Assembly (NCBI RefSeq): GCF_000372725.1
Contig: NW_005201551.1
Location: 342,520-365,641, forward strand
Direction: 5' to 3'
Length of the DNA: 23,122 nucleotides
DNA from: Emiliania huxleyi CCMP1516
Taxonomy: Eukaryota
Part shown: positions 1-18,487 of the stretch, piece by piece
How positions within the stretch are numbered: the stretch's first letter is position 1
Layout of the letters: the number at the start of each line of letters is the position of its first letter
Notes under the pieces: generated by a model
Database searches by the model: none
Told to the model about the DNA's origin: nothing
Seen by the model: the letters and a program-made list of their open reading frames with translations, nothing else
Made by a program: the position numbers and the translations under genes

Positions 1-952
1 AGCGACCACCTAGGTCTGGAGCGCGCGTCAACCGGTGCGCAGACGCTCGCGGCGGAGGCGGCAGTCGCTGCGGCTGAGGCGGCAGTCGCTGCGGCGGAGG
101 CGGCGGCCGCTGTGGCGGAGGAGCGCAGGCTCAACCCCGACGCCTCGTCGACTGCGGAGGTCGCCAGAGAACAGGGCGGGGCTACGCCCGAGGCGAGCCA
201 CAGCGGCAGCGTGCACGCGGCGCCGGACAGCTCCACGCGGCGGGCGACGGACGGCGGCGGCGGGACGCGCTCCCACTCCCACGGCGAGGTGCGCGGCCGA
301 TCCGACGGCGGCGTGTTGCCCGGGCGGCGCTTCCCTGGAGCCTTCCGGGAGCCTTCCCGGAGCCTTCCCTGCAGGTGCGCCCCAAGGGGGAGGAGGAGTG
401 GAAGGTGCCGCTAAAGCCTTCGGTGGTGGCGCGGGCGCCGAGCATCGGCGGCGTCGACCGGCGCGAGTCCGCGCTGGCGAAGCGGCTGAGGTTGCAGCAG
501 TTTCACGACTTGGTCATGGAGCCTAGAAGCTGCTAGAAGCCGAGTACGTATTCGTGTACTCCTAGTAGCGCTCGAGAGGACACGGACTCAGCTGTACTCG
601 GCCGCATTCAGCTGTCGTCGCCTCCCTCGTATTCACGCGGTGCTCTGAAGACACTGCGCTATACCGTTTTCCCGCCCTCATGTTGGCGTATTCAGCACCG
701 CGTGGTCAATCTAACCCTAACCCAACCCTAACCCTAACCCTAACCGTAGGTAATGGACAATCTCGGGCCGCTCGCCGCGATTGGCTGGGCAATCTCGCCC
801 CTGCTCGCCCTCGCCTGTCGCCGTTGACCGTGCCCTCAAAAGACGGACGCTCGCTTCCTGGCGTAGGTAATGGGCAATCTCCCGCAATCTCCCCGCAGTC
901 TCCCGCAATCTCCCGCCGTCGCTCCCTCGCGTAGGACGCCCTCCTTCTCTGA
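1..952 (+). CDS. 3' part of a spliced gene of unknown function (predicted exons <1-288, 375-512, 750-788, 935-952)
   Basis: Open frame from base 1 (...AAEAAVAAAEAA...SHSHGE). GT-AG intron 289-374, exon VRPKGEEEWKVPLKP...QQFHDL, GT-AG intron 513-749, exon VMDNLGPLAAIGW, GC-AG intron 789-934, last exon DALLL* (TGA 950-952). All junctions are phase 0. Without the second splice the frame stops at TAG 534-536. Confidence 0.45.
521..706 (+). repeat. Dispersed ~170-bp intronic element, copy 1
   Basis: Anchors cctagaagc, gagtacgt, agcgctcgag (567-576), cacgcggtgct (634-644), cactgc and ttggcgta recur in the same order at 1097-1461, 1683-1870 and, more diverged, 6401-6590. Confidence 0.75.
711..745 (+). 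repeat. Interstitial telomere-like (CCCTAA)n tract within an intron
   Basis: ctaaccctaacccaaccctaaccctaaccctaacc just before acceptor AG 748-749. A shorter tract lies at 1031-1051 before acceptor 1055-1056. Confidence 0.85.
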
Positions 953-1056
953 GCCGCCTCCTCTCCCCCTCCACACGTCCACAATCACTCACGGGTCGAG
1001 TTGCGCACGACAGGCCAACTCCTTCTTCCTCCCTAACCCTAACCCTAACCCGTCAG

Positions 1057-8195
<7,139 letters not shown>

Positions 8196-8500
8196 GATCG
8201 CAATCCCGCGCCGCGAGATTGCGATCTCGGGGGAGTCGCTCGCAGCGTGTCGACGATCTTTGCGCCGCCCTCTGCTGCTTGACGGGGGGCGGGGAGGAGG
8301 AGGGGGGGAGGAGGGGGGGGGGGGGGGGGGGGTCGTTTGAAAAAATGAGAATCGTGAGTTGCTGAGAGCTGAGAGCTGAAGCCTGACGTGAGCTGACCCT
8401 TACCGTGTCCGTGCCGCGTGAGCGTCCCCGCGCCTCCTGTTTTTTCTTGCCGCAAGCGAACTCCTGTTGTTCCGGCCGTCCTTCTCAGAGTTCAACCGCG

Positions 8501-9892
8501 ATGCTTTCGTGGCTGCTGCTCTCGGGTGCAACAGCCGCCTCGCCCTTCCACTCCGCGCTGGATCAACTGAGCCTGCACCAGTTTAGAGAGCTCGTTCTGC
8601 GCATCGAGGCGCGCAGGGTAGAGAGACCAGTAGGACCCAAGCGAGAACGGCGACGCAACACCTACAGACCACGGCGGCTCTCAAAAGTAGCGGCCATACG
8701 CGAGCAAGGCACAGTTGTGCAACGACACGCACAGAAACACACACCCACCCGTCGCACATGCTGACCTCTCACTGCTACCCAGGCGGGGCTTGTGCCCGAT
8801 GTGGGTGCCGAGGTCATCAGAGCGGCTGGAGACGGGGCCGAGAGGCTGGGACGAGGGCTGGGCGAGCGAGCGCCTTTGCGAGCAGTGCCACTCTTTCGCA
8901 AACCAGCCTCCTCGATCGGCCGGCTCGTAGTCGACCAGCAGGGCCTAGCCGTGCTGCGTGCGCAGAAGCAGCCGTTTGCAATCATCTCTGCTGTCGGCCC
9001 CACCCGGACGGGGAAGTCGTCAATCCTCGGCCGCGCCTTCCTGCGCGGCGAGGATGAGAACCTCTTCGAGATTGGGAGCGGCGTCACCTCCTTCACTGGC
9101 GGTGTGTGGATCACGTCGGAGCCAGTGCTCCTCCGCGGCAGCTCCGAGGCAACCGCAGTAGCAGTGCTCACACCCCGCCTCCTGTCGGCGACACAGTTCC
9201 GCGTGAGGCGTGGCGTCATCTTTACAGCTCGAGCCGTGGTTTAGGAGAAGCCAGTGCGCGCCTTCCTCATCGATACCGAGGGCTTCAGCGGCGTGGGAAG
9301 CCTCACCTCGCGCACGTATGAAGCGAACATGTTTGGCATCACCTACCTGCTCTCCTCAGGCGCAAACGCTACAGCACCAGCGCGTCTGCACGACCGCGCT
9401 GCGGGAGCAAGCCGAGGAGAATCTTCGCTCGCTGGAGCGGTGGTGGGAGGAGATGCATCGAAAGCACGAGGCGCTTGAGCAGCGACCGCCACTACGACGC
9501 TCCTCCTTAATCGATCTTCAAGCTTGCTCCTTCGTCTCCTAGGCGCAGCGGCTGATCCCTCCGCCGCCGCCGAGGCCGGCGCTGACGGCGGAGGAGGCGA
9601 GGGCGCTGCGGGCGAGGCAGGAGGCCAAGGCGCGCGAGCGGCGGGAGCGCGACGCCGCGCGGAGGGAGGTAAGCCAGCCGAGAGTGGGTGGGCGTTCAAT
9701 GGACACCGCACAGCTAACCTCGGCGGACCCCCCCTCGCCAAGACTCGAGCACTCACCACCCAGCTCAGCTCTTCCTCGCGGGTGTTCTTGCAATAGGCCG
9801 CGGCCAAGGCGGGGAAGGCGGGGCAAGCGGCGCCCGCGACAGCGGCGGTGCAGCAGGGGGGGAGGGAGGAGTGCTTCACCGTGTACGACTAG
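8501..9892 (+). pseudogene. Guanylate-binding protein/atlastin-like (GB1/RHD3) GTPase, copy 1, with internal deletion
   Basis: Exons 8501-8608 (MLSWLLLSGATAAS..., signal-peptide-like), 8783-9148 (IISAVGPTRTGKS P-loop; FEIGSGVTSFTGGVWI) and 9245-9358 (LIDTEG; YEANMFGITYLLSS). The sequence then joins out of frame to the terminal exons 9360-9470, 9543-9668 and 9797-9892 (coiled-coil-like, ends EECFTVYD*). About 1.75 kb present in copy 2 is missing. Confidence 0.8.
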
Positions 9893-10227
9893 CTGCGCTG
9901 AGTCGAGAGTGCGGCTGCGTTTTCGTCGGAGCACTTGGAGCACTTGGGAGTGCAGTCATTAGCCTCACATCCAGCGGGGATTTTCTTTTTTCTTTTTCCC
10001 TGGAAGTCGATCCTTGACAGATACATCAGCCTGGAGGCTCGGACTGGACACCGACGCGGTATGGGTGGACGCTGGACAGATGATGACGACAAGGTGATTG
10101 ACTTTTTGCGGGGTATGGTATGGTACTCTCGCGCCCTCGAGACCATACCCCCCCCGCCTGCAGACAGACCCAGCCTCCCGGAGACCGGGGATGGGCGGTC
10201 AGGACCATACCCCCCACCCTTTGATTG

Positions 10228-10520
10228 ACCCACCCCTGGTGCTGCTCGGCGCGCCGCTCGCCCTTCTCGAGCCTCTCCCTCTTCGTGGGCGGACGGGCGT
10301 ACGCGAACAGCTCGTCGGCGTCGCCCGCCGCCGCCCGCCTTTCCGCGGGCACGGTGCGCACCGCCTCCGCCGTCCACGCCTCCCGCAACGCCGCGCCCCG
10401 GCCCTCGCCGAGCCGCTGGAATGGTCCGCCGCCGTCGGCGTTCGCCGCCGCCGCGGCCCAGGCCGCCGCGGTCAGCGCCGCGCCCTGACCGACGAACGCG
10501 CACAGCGGATCCGGCATCTG
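10228..10520 (-). CDS. Coding-like fragment of unknown function, divergent from the Rid-like gene
   Basis: Frame MPDPLCAFVGQGAALTAAAW...DELFAYARPPTKRERLEKGERRAEQHQ with GC3-rich codons; no recognisable motif. Confidence 0.3.
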
Positions 10521-10649
10521 GCCCGCCGCCTCCCTCGCCCCGTGGTGGCCAGACCCTCCTCCACCCCTTGTGCAATCGCGCTTGTTACGCCTGATCGCAT
10601 CATCGATTCAACTCACAGTTTGCCCTGTTGCGCCCTCCCGGGCAAACGC

Positions 10650-12221
10650 ATGACGGCCTCCAATGGAAAATGGCAGTCCTCTCTTCGCAGCGGCCTCGCC
10701 CGCTGGTGCACCACCGTCGGCAGCTGCTCTGTCCACGGCGTCCACGTGGAGCGACTGCGACCGAGTTGCCCGCTGCTCCTGCTCAGTGGTGCGACGCCGG
10801 GCCCGTTCTACCACTCGCACCCGCACGATCCGTCGCAGTTCGACCACCTCCACTTCGACATGGCGAGCCAAGTGAGGGCCAACCTCAAAACGGTCCGCGA
10901 CATCTTGGACGCGCTTGGAGAGAATGAGCTTCCGTTTCACCTCGATGGCGGGTGCATCGAGCGCAGCCGTCGCCACGCGCAGCTGCTGCACTGGGTGAGC
11001 AACCGCGGCCAGGGCTTCGCCGCCAACGCACGCGTAACGGCAGACATCTCGCGCGCCGCTTGCAAGGAGCTGGGCATGGGCCTCGCCACTACGCTCGCCA
11101 CGTTCGAGACTTCAGGCAACGTCTCGGACCGGCGCTCCCTGCTCGAGTTAGAGACCATTTGCCAAGAGGTCTGGTTCCAGATACCAGTGCCGACATCAGA
11201 ACTGTAGGCGCTTCCTGATCGAGACTTTTGCCATGTTTGGCCTCGAAGGGGCCGAGCTTGGCCAGACCGCCGAGACGGCGAGAGCCGAGACTAGCCGAGA
11301 CTAGCAGCCGAGACTGGCGGCGAGGAATATGACTTCGATGCGTTTAGTCATTGGCTGCTCATCCTGGATCAGGTGCGGGTGGATCTCGTCTCGCAGTTCG
11401 ACGCCGTCGACGAGGAGAGCAGCGTATACTCGGTCGGAGGTCAGAGGCACTTCATGCCATACGTGCCGGCGTACGCCGTCTGCGGACCGGCGGACCTCGC
11501 TCTCTTCTCGCCTGCTGATACAGATTAGCTAATCAATAGTAATGAATGGTTTAATATTCGCCAGATAGGCGGACCTCGCCCTCTTCTCGCTCTCCGCCGC
11601 GTCCGGCGAGAGATCCGCGCCTCGCTCGGGAGAGGAGCAGGTACATCTCGCCATCGACAAGCTACTGCGCGTGCTCTCCACCCTCGGCGCGACCTTCGAC
11701 GGCGTGGCGCTGCTCTGGAACCGCGTCGCTGACCTCGACGCGCACGAGGAGGCCGTGCTGATGAGCCGCGCGAGGTGGACGGGCCTCGCTCTACCCTGTC
11801 GCCTTACATACCGCCAAATCACTAGTCCGTAATCATCAATCACAGGAGGGGCCTCACCCGCCCTCTGGCAGAGGCGGTGCTCGAGGTGGCCGCCGCGGTG
11901 CTCGAGGCGCCAATAAATTAAATCCCAAAAGTTAGCGTTTGATGGGATCTTGACTAGGTGGCCGACGCGGACCCGAACTCGCATGCGCCCGACGGCACGC
12001 CACTCGCCATCGAGTACATCGTGGTGGCTCAAGTGCCAAGAAGAAGAGCTAGCCCGGTCGAACACCCCCAAACAAATTATCTTACGTCCGTCCCGCCGCC
12101 CGCCGCGCGGCCAGACTCCACATCACCTCAACGTAAACGAATATTGATGGGACGGCGAAACACAGTCCGACCAACGACTGGGACACCAACGCGGTATGGG
12201 TGGACGCAGGACGGGCGATGA
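10650..12221 (+). CDS. Tandem two-domain Rid/YjgF/YER057c/UK114-like protein
   Basis: Predicted exons 10650-11168, 11373-11489, 11569-11774, 11846-11885 and 11958-12221, with consistent phases. Domain 1: LLLLSG...QVRANLKTVRDILDALG...LLELETIC. Domain 2: PYVPAYAV...LFSLS...EQVHLAIDKLLRVLSTLGATFDGV...VADLD...LAIEYIVVA. Both fit the Rid pattern PYS.A...LSGQ...Q...L.N...L..AG...VEIEAIA. The 3' end is uncertain. Confidence 0.6.
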
Positions 12222-12331
12222 CGGTCACACAGGAGCGACACACAGAACCACAAGACAAACAAGGTGGCGTCGCTTTGCATGGTTTTTCTTTTTTTCTAAA
12301 GTCGATCGGCCTTACACAGGCAGGCGAAGCG

Positions 12332-13531
12332 ATGGGCTGCGGCACGAGCAAGCCGGGCACGAGCAAGCCGGGTCTAACCTACAAGCAGAAGCTGAAGCTG
12401 TGGCGCAAGCTCGGCGGCGGCGACCTGGAGCGTGTCCTCGCGAGCGGCGCCGCCGCCCTCCTCGACGCGCAGTGGATCATCCGCCACGCCGAGGCGGGCG
12501 GCGTCCTCACCCACCGCCAGGCGCTGCCCAAGGAGGCCTTCCTCTCCCTCGCTGACCTCGTCGAGGCGACCGGCGAGTATGGCTGGCTTCCCGTCGGAGC
12601 GCTCTCCTACCCGTGGCTGACCAAGGACCACCCCGACCCGCTCGGAGCCAACCTCGCCCGCGTCGCAAGGGCGCTGAAGGCCCTGCTCAGCCGTCCCGAC
12701 CTCCTCCCGCGGCTCGGCGTCTTCTGGGACTTCGGCTCGCTGCACCAGCACCCCGACCCCCCCAACGGCGTCATGCGCACTGACGAGCAGAACGCGCTCT
12801 TCAAGCAGGGGCTGAGCTGCCTCGGCACGCTCTACTCCCACCAGCACACTTGGGTGCTGCGGCTGACCTCCTTCCCGGACGGCCACAAGGCGGAGGATCA
12901 GAGCGAGGGCACCAACGTGGCCAAGTACTTTGACCGCGGCTGGTGCTTCACGGAGCAGAGCTGGGCTGGCCTGACAAAGGCTGGCTTCCTCTCGCTCGAC
13001 CTCGGCAAGATGCGCGACGGCGTGGAGTACGACTTCGGCAGCCTCCGAGCCGACTGCACCCAGGACGGCGGCCGGCGCCCTCCGCTGCTGCCGTCTGCGT
13101 TCGCGGCGGAGCTTGAGAAGAAGAGCTTCACCAACGGCAAGGACGACAAGCCGCTGGTGAAGCGGCTGTACGAGGCCGCCTTCAAGGAGCAGTTTGGCAA
13201 GGCGACCGAGCTGAGCTACTACAGCCTCGGCTGGGGCGACGCGGAGGCGGCGCAGCTGGCGGAGATCCTCGCGAGCGGGGCAGCGCCGCGGCTCGAGGAG
13301 CTCTATCTCTTGGACAACAAGATTGGCGACGAGGGCTGCAAGGCGCTGGCCGCCGCCCTCAAGGAGGGGGCCGCCCCGAGCTTGAAGGCGCGAGACGCGC
13401 CCTCGCCACACCCACCTCCCCCGCCCAATGCTCATCGCACCTCCCCTCGCGTGCAGACGCTCCGCGTGGACAACGAGGAGCAGCCTGAGCTGGTGGCCGT
13501 GTGCGAGGAGCGCGGCATCCACCTCTGCTGA
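12332..13531 (+). CDS. HET-like domain + ribonuclease-inhibitor-type LRR protein with N-terminal MGC acylation motif, paralog A (376 aa spliced)
   Basis: ATG 12332 (MGCGTSK). HET-type motifs ALSYPW, VFWDFGSLHQ, LGTLYS and YFDRGWCFTE. LRR LEELYLLDNKIGDEGCKALAAAL. GC-AG intron 13388-13456; last exon 13457-13531. Confidence 0.8.
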   Translation: MGCGTSKPGTSKPGLTYKQKLKLWRKLGGGDLERVLASGAAALLDAQWIIRHAEAGGVLTHRQALPKEAFLSLADLVEATGEYGWLPVGALSYPWLTKDHPDPLGANLARVARALKALLSRPDLLPRLGVFWDFGSLHQHPDPPNGVMRTDEQNALFKQGLSCLGTLYSHQHTWVLRLTSFPDGHKAEDQSEGTNVAKYFDRGWCFTEQSWAGLTKAGFLSLDLGKMRDGVEYDFGSLRADCTQDGGRRPPLLPSAFAAELEKKSFTNGKDDKPLVKRLYEAAFKEQFGKATELSYYSLGWGDAEAAQLAEILASGAAPRLEELYLLDNKIGDEGCKALAAALKEGAAPSLKARDAPSPHPPPPPNAHRTSPRVQTLRVDNEEQPELVAVCEERGIHLC

Positions 13532-14477
13532 GCCTCTCCAGCCCCGGCCGGGCGGCGAGGGCGCGGGGCCCGGCGGGACCGCCGCGCGAGCACGGCAGAG
13601 AGCAACAGACCCTGCGGCTGCGGAGCATGACGCGCAGCGCCGGTGCGGGCGCGCGCGGGTGCGGGTTTGGTGGGTGGATGGGCGGGTGGGTTGGGTGTTG
13701 ATGTTGGGGGGGGGGGGGGGACGGCGGACAGGGGGGCGGGTGGGTTTTTCCGCCGGGGGGGGGGGGGGGGGGTTCTTTTTCTACCTGACCCCCAAACAGC
13801 GGGGCCCGGGGGGGGAACCACTTTGGGCCGTTAAAAANNNNNNNNNNNNNNNNNNNNNNNNNNNNNNNNNNNNNNNNNNNNNNNNNNNNNNNNNNNNNNN
13901 NNNNNNNNNNNNNNNNNNNNNNNNNNNNNNNNNNNNNNNNNNNNNNNNNNNNNNNNNNNNNNGTGATCTGCACGGGGAAGTCACGTCGGCGTCAAAGGAG
14001 CGACGTGCGACCTGTCAGAGCTTGATCTCCGATCTCAGCGGCGTCGAGTCGTCTCCGGCGCGCGACAAAGGTACATCCCCAGGACGCGCAGAGGCAGCTG
14101 CGACCCCGCCGAGTGGACGGCGGCACACCGCGCCCCCTGCTGTGTGCCGCCGTCTACTCGGCGTGGTCGCAGCTGCCTCTGGAAGGCACCGAGAGGTACC
14201 TTTTTGCGCAAATGGTCAAATCAAGGTTTTGTAACGCGGGCTGTGCCACAGTGAAATGGCACTACCCAAACTTCTCCTGTTGTTTGAGTTGTGCCCTTGT
14301 TTGTGCCCTTGGCACCGTGGAGTGCTGGGGGGGGCGACAGGGAGGATGTGGTCCTGAGTTATGTGTACGCCGACTCAGGGTGTGTGGCAGCCAGCTGGCT
14401 GTGTGTCTTGTGAGCTTGTTTGTGTCTGTGTGTCGCTGATGATTAATAATTAATACAAATTATTACCCGATTATTAA

Positions 14478-14479
<2 letters not shown>

Positions 14480-14553
<74 letters not shown>
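14480..14553. repeat. (TG)n microsatellite
   Basis: Direct observation; preceded by an AT-rich patch at 14441-14479. Confidence 0.97.
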
Positions 14554-14557
<4 letters not shown>

Positions 14558-15761
14558 CTGATGGCAGGGAAGTCCAAGGCAGTGGCGAGCGGCAGGTGGC
14601 GTCGGCGACGTACTCAGTACACGATGGCGAAGCCAACACAGCGCAGGAGCTCGGCAGCAGCGCCGACAGCGGCCCCGCACCGCGTCGACGCGGTCTGAGC
14701 GAGGCAGCCTGTACTCCTCAACCTCCTCGGCACTCCCCCGACGAGCGGCGCGCTATGCGGGCCCGCCGCGGGCGACGCGGGCGGCGAGCCGACGTGCGTG
14801 CCGCAGTCATAGGCAGCGCTGGCGAAGCGAGGAGGTCGGCGCAGGCCCCCGCGCCGGATGCGGTCGCAGCGAGAGAAGCGAGACAGCAGATGCTGTCGGA
14901 AGGGTGAGGAGCAGCCTGCCGTCGAGCGGCGCGCCGCACAAGCCCGCTGTCGGCGGCCCGGTTCGAGAGCAGGTAGTCGTGGTAGTATTGAGCGCGCAAT
15001 CGCGCCCGAGCCGGCCCGCCCTGGCCCTGTAGACCCTCCCAGAGAGTTTGGCGATGCTGTACAGCATGGATGCCCAGAGCATACCGGACAGGCTCCCGTC
15101 GAGCGACGAGCTATGCTGGCTCGCCGCCGGCGGCGAGCTCGAAGACCCGCGCCGAGCTTCGCCGAGCCTGGCGGGCCCACCCGCACGCCCGCGGCCGCAG
15201 GCAAGCAAGGCGAGCTTGCTGGCGTCTTTCTCGAGGTTCTCGAGGTGGATATCCTTTGGCCGCGTTGGGTAGCGAGTCTTTGCCAAGCGCCAGCATGCCA
15301 AAAGACACCATCCTCGCAGCGCGCGAGACGTGACCAAAGCCGCACGACTCGGCGCCGCGATAGCAGCCGGTCGACGTCGGCGACAAGCGCGCGGCCGTCG
15401 GGCGCCTCCGAACCGACAGGGGCGCCGTGGCAGTAGAGAGCACTCTACCGACATACCGTTTTTATGGCGGTTTTTAGGCGGGCTTCTTCACAGGAGTCGA
15501 TCTTGGAGAGGGGCAGTGCTCACTCTGCACTCTCTGGTCGGCCTGCTGTACCGACCCGTCGTGGCTTCACATCTACCTCGTGCCAGCGGCTCTCCTCGGT
15601 CGGCACCAGAGCGCTCCATCAGAACGCCAGAGCCTGTCCTGGGGCGGGTCCCCACGCCCTTAGCCTTACAACCATACGCATAAAAAACCCGGACTCAATC
15701 GATTGTACTGCGGTGGTGTGAGTGAATGCACCATGAGCAAAAACCTGACTTGGCCTGTAGT

Positions 15762-18487
15762 AGGGCCTAGCCGTGCTGCCCCCCCGGGGCCCCCGTGCGC
15801 AGAAGCAGCCGTTTGCAATCATCTCTGTTGTCGGCCCCACCCGGAGGGGAAGTCGTCAATCCTCGGCCGCGCCTTCTGCGCGGCGAGGATGAGAACCTCT
15901 TCGAGATTGGGAGCGGCGTCACCTCCTTCACTGGCGGTGTGTGGATCACGTCGGAGCCAGTGCTCCTCCGCGGCAGCTCCGAGGCAACCGCAGTAGCAGT
16001 GCTCACACCCCGCCTCCTGTCGGCGACACAGTTCCGCGTGAGGCGTGGCGTCATCTTTACAGCTCGAGCCGTGGTTTAGGAGAAGCCAGTGCGCGCCTTC
16101 CTCATCGATACCGAGGGCTTCAGCGGCGTGGGAAGCCTCACCTCGCGCACGTATGAAGCGAACATGTTTGGCATCACCTACCTGCTCTCCTCGGCGGTCG
16201 TCTACAACTCGATGTTTCCGGTGGACGCGTCCACCGTCAGCCAGATGAACCGGCACGCGCTTCGAACGATGCAGATGATCAAGTCGCTCTCCGACGCGAA
16301 CGTGTGGACGCACCGTCGCCAGCCGAGCTTTCTCTGGTCGGTGCAGTCGTTCAACATGCACCAGCTCGCCAACACGGGGCTGGACGCCGCCGCACTGCTC
16401 TCCCACCTCCGGAACGCGTCGAGCAAGCCGGAGGCGGGCGCCGCTGCAATCACCTCCCTCATCGCCCCGACCGGCGCGTCGTCTTCGGCGGCCTGGCTCG
16501 TGGAGCGCCTCTTCGAGTCGCCGACGCTGCTGCCGATCCGCAGGCCTAATTACTTCGTTCACCAGTTATTATTAATTAGTTGAAGCATTGGTCAGTTACT
16601 GCTGCCGGATCCGCAGGCCGCACGCCGACGACGAGGTGGACGCCACAGCCCAACGCATATAACCTCCTACCATCCTCGGCCGCATCTCTTCGCCTCGGCT
16701 GTGCATGAGCTGCACCTCGGCTAATCCAGCTCCCCGATGATCAGGTGGTCGCTAATCTCGCTGCGCACAAGAGCGCCGAGCTTTCCCCGGCGAGATGTAG
16801 CCGAGATGCGGCCGCGCTGTGCGGCTAATGGCGCGTCAAGTCGCCGACGAGCGGCACCACCTTCCGGTCACGCAAGAGCACAACCCCGGCCCCAGGCCGC
16901 ACACACGGACAGCCGACAAAACTCCGTTCACAGGCCTACCTCGCCGACGCGGACGCTCTCCGCGCCGCCACCCTGCGGGGCTTGCAGCCTGTGCACCGCT
17001 GCGGCGACGCCCAGCCACGGCGGGGGGGGGGGCGCTTGCTGTTCCGGCCCTGCAAGGAGGTCGTGCCGATGGACGGGCCGACGCTAGTGGCACAGCTGGA
17101 CAAGTGGCTAAGGCTCGAGATATGGAGAGATATGGGAAGATGTGGGGAGACACAGCTGGACATGTGGCTGAGGCTCGAGACGTCGCCGAGATCTCGCCCG
17201 AGATGCCCCCGAGCTGTGGAGGGGCCGTTTGTCGACCCCCGCCCCCCTTTAGGTACGGGCACGTCGTCGAGGAGACGGAGGTGGAGCGGGTGGCGGCCAA
17301 CGAGACGGAGGACCTCAAGCAGGAGGGCCTGAGAGAGACAGCCGAGAGCAGAGACAGCCGAGAGACAGCGAGGAGACAGCGGAGAGACAGCCGAGAGACA
17401 GCCGAGAGACAGCCGAGACGTGGCCGATATTGTCCTCGCGGACGAGGGTCTCGCACCCCCCGCCAATTCGCAGATGGCGATATCCACGGACAACTGGTTG
17501 GACAAGCAGTGCCGCGGCATCGCTCCCCCGGCGCGAGCTGCGGCATGAGACGGGCGCTACAGCCGCCCCGCGGATTGCAAGTATAGGCATCAAGCGTTTT
17601 CTGCGGCGCAAGCTATGGCCGGTCGGCCGCAACACGACGAAGCATAGCGCCGCGCGCGAGGCGGTGCTGCAGCAGGCACTGAGTCAGGCATGCCGCCCGC
17701 CGCCCCCCGCCCCCTGACCCTTCGGTTGAGACAGGACCCCAGGCAGCCGCGCGCTCAGGTGGAGGAGATGAACCGCGGCTCGATGAGCAAAGCGGTCCAG
17801 AGCGGCCCCTTCTGGCGCCTCCCTGGCAAGATTGCAGTGATGATCGAGGTGCAGATCCCAGCGAAATTTTTAAAGGTTTTTTTTGGGGGGAAAAAGGGAC
17901 GGATCAAAACGTGGGGATACGCGCTGGGCTACACCCTCACCTGCGCCTCAGCCGGCGCAAACGCTGCAGCACCAGCGCGTCTGCACGACCGCGCTGCGGG
18001 AGCAAGCCGAGGAGAACCTTCGCTCGCTGGAGCGGTGGTGGGAGGAGATGCATCGAAAGCACGAGGCGCTCGAGCAGCGACCGCCACTACGACGCTCCTC
18101 CTTAATCGATCTTCAAGCTTGCTCCTTCGTCTACTAGGCGCAGCGGCTGATCCCTCCGCCGCCGCCGAGGCCGGCGCTGACGGCGGAGGAGGCGAGGGCG
18201 CTGCGGGCGAGGCAGGAGGCCAAGGCGCGCGAGCGGCGGGAGCGCGACGCCGCGCGGAGGGAGGTAAGCCCGCCGAGAGTGGGTGGGCGTTCAATGGACA
18301 CCGCACAGCTAACCTCGGCGGACCCCCCCTCGCCAAGACTCGAGCACTCACCACCCAGCTCAGCTCTTCCTCGCGGGTGTTCTTGCAATAGGCCGCGGCC
18401 AAGGCGGGGAAGGCGGGGCAAGCGGCGCCCGCGACAGCGGCGGTGCAGCAGGGGGGGAGGGAGGAGTGCTTCACCGTGTACGACTAG
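15762..18487 (+). pseudogene. GBP/atlastin-like GTPase, copy 2: 5'-truncated, frameshifted around the P-loop, retains middle exons
   Basis: Near-identical to copy 1 from 8940 onward, but with an extra C/G-rich insert at ~15779-15793 and 1-bp losses (cggagggg vs cggacgggg; gccttctgc vs gccttcctgc). Exon 16080-16543 (LIDTEG...LLSSAVVYNS...PSFLWSVQSF), further exons (16617-16635, ~16935, ~17045-17112, ~17253-17326, 17587-17687, 17759-17848) and the same terminal exons ending at TAG 18485-18487. Confidence 0.78.

Noticed and set aside
9358..9975. ~600-bp segment repeated at ~17950-18630, first suspected to be a mobile element
   Set aside because: It splices into three in-phase exons ending in a stop, so it is best read as the 3' end of the duplicated GBP-like gene.
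13963..15760. Several overlapping 70-240 aa ORFs
   Set aside because: No recognisable motif or consistent exon chain; such ORFs are expected in GC-rich DNA.
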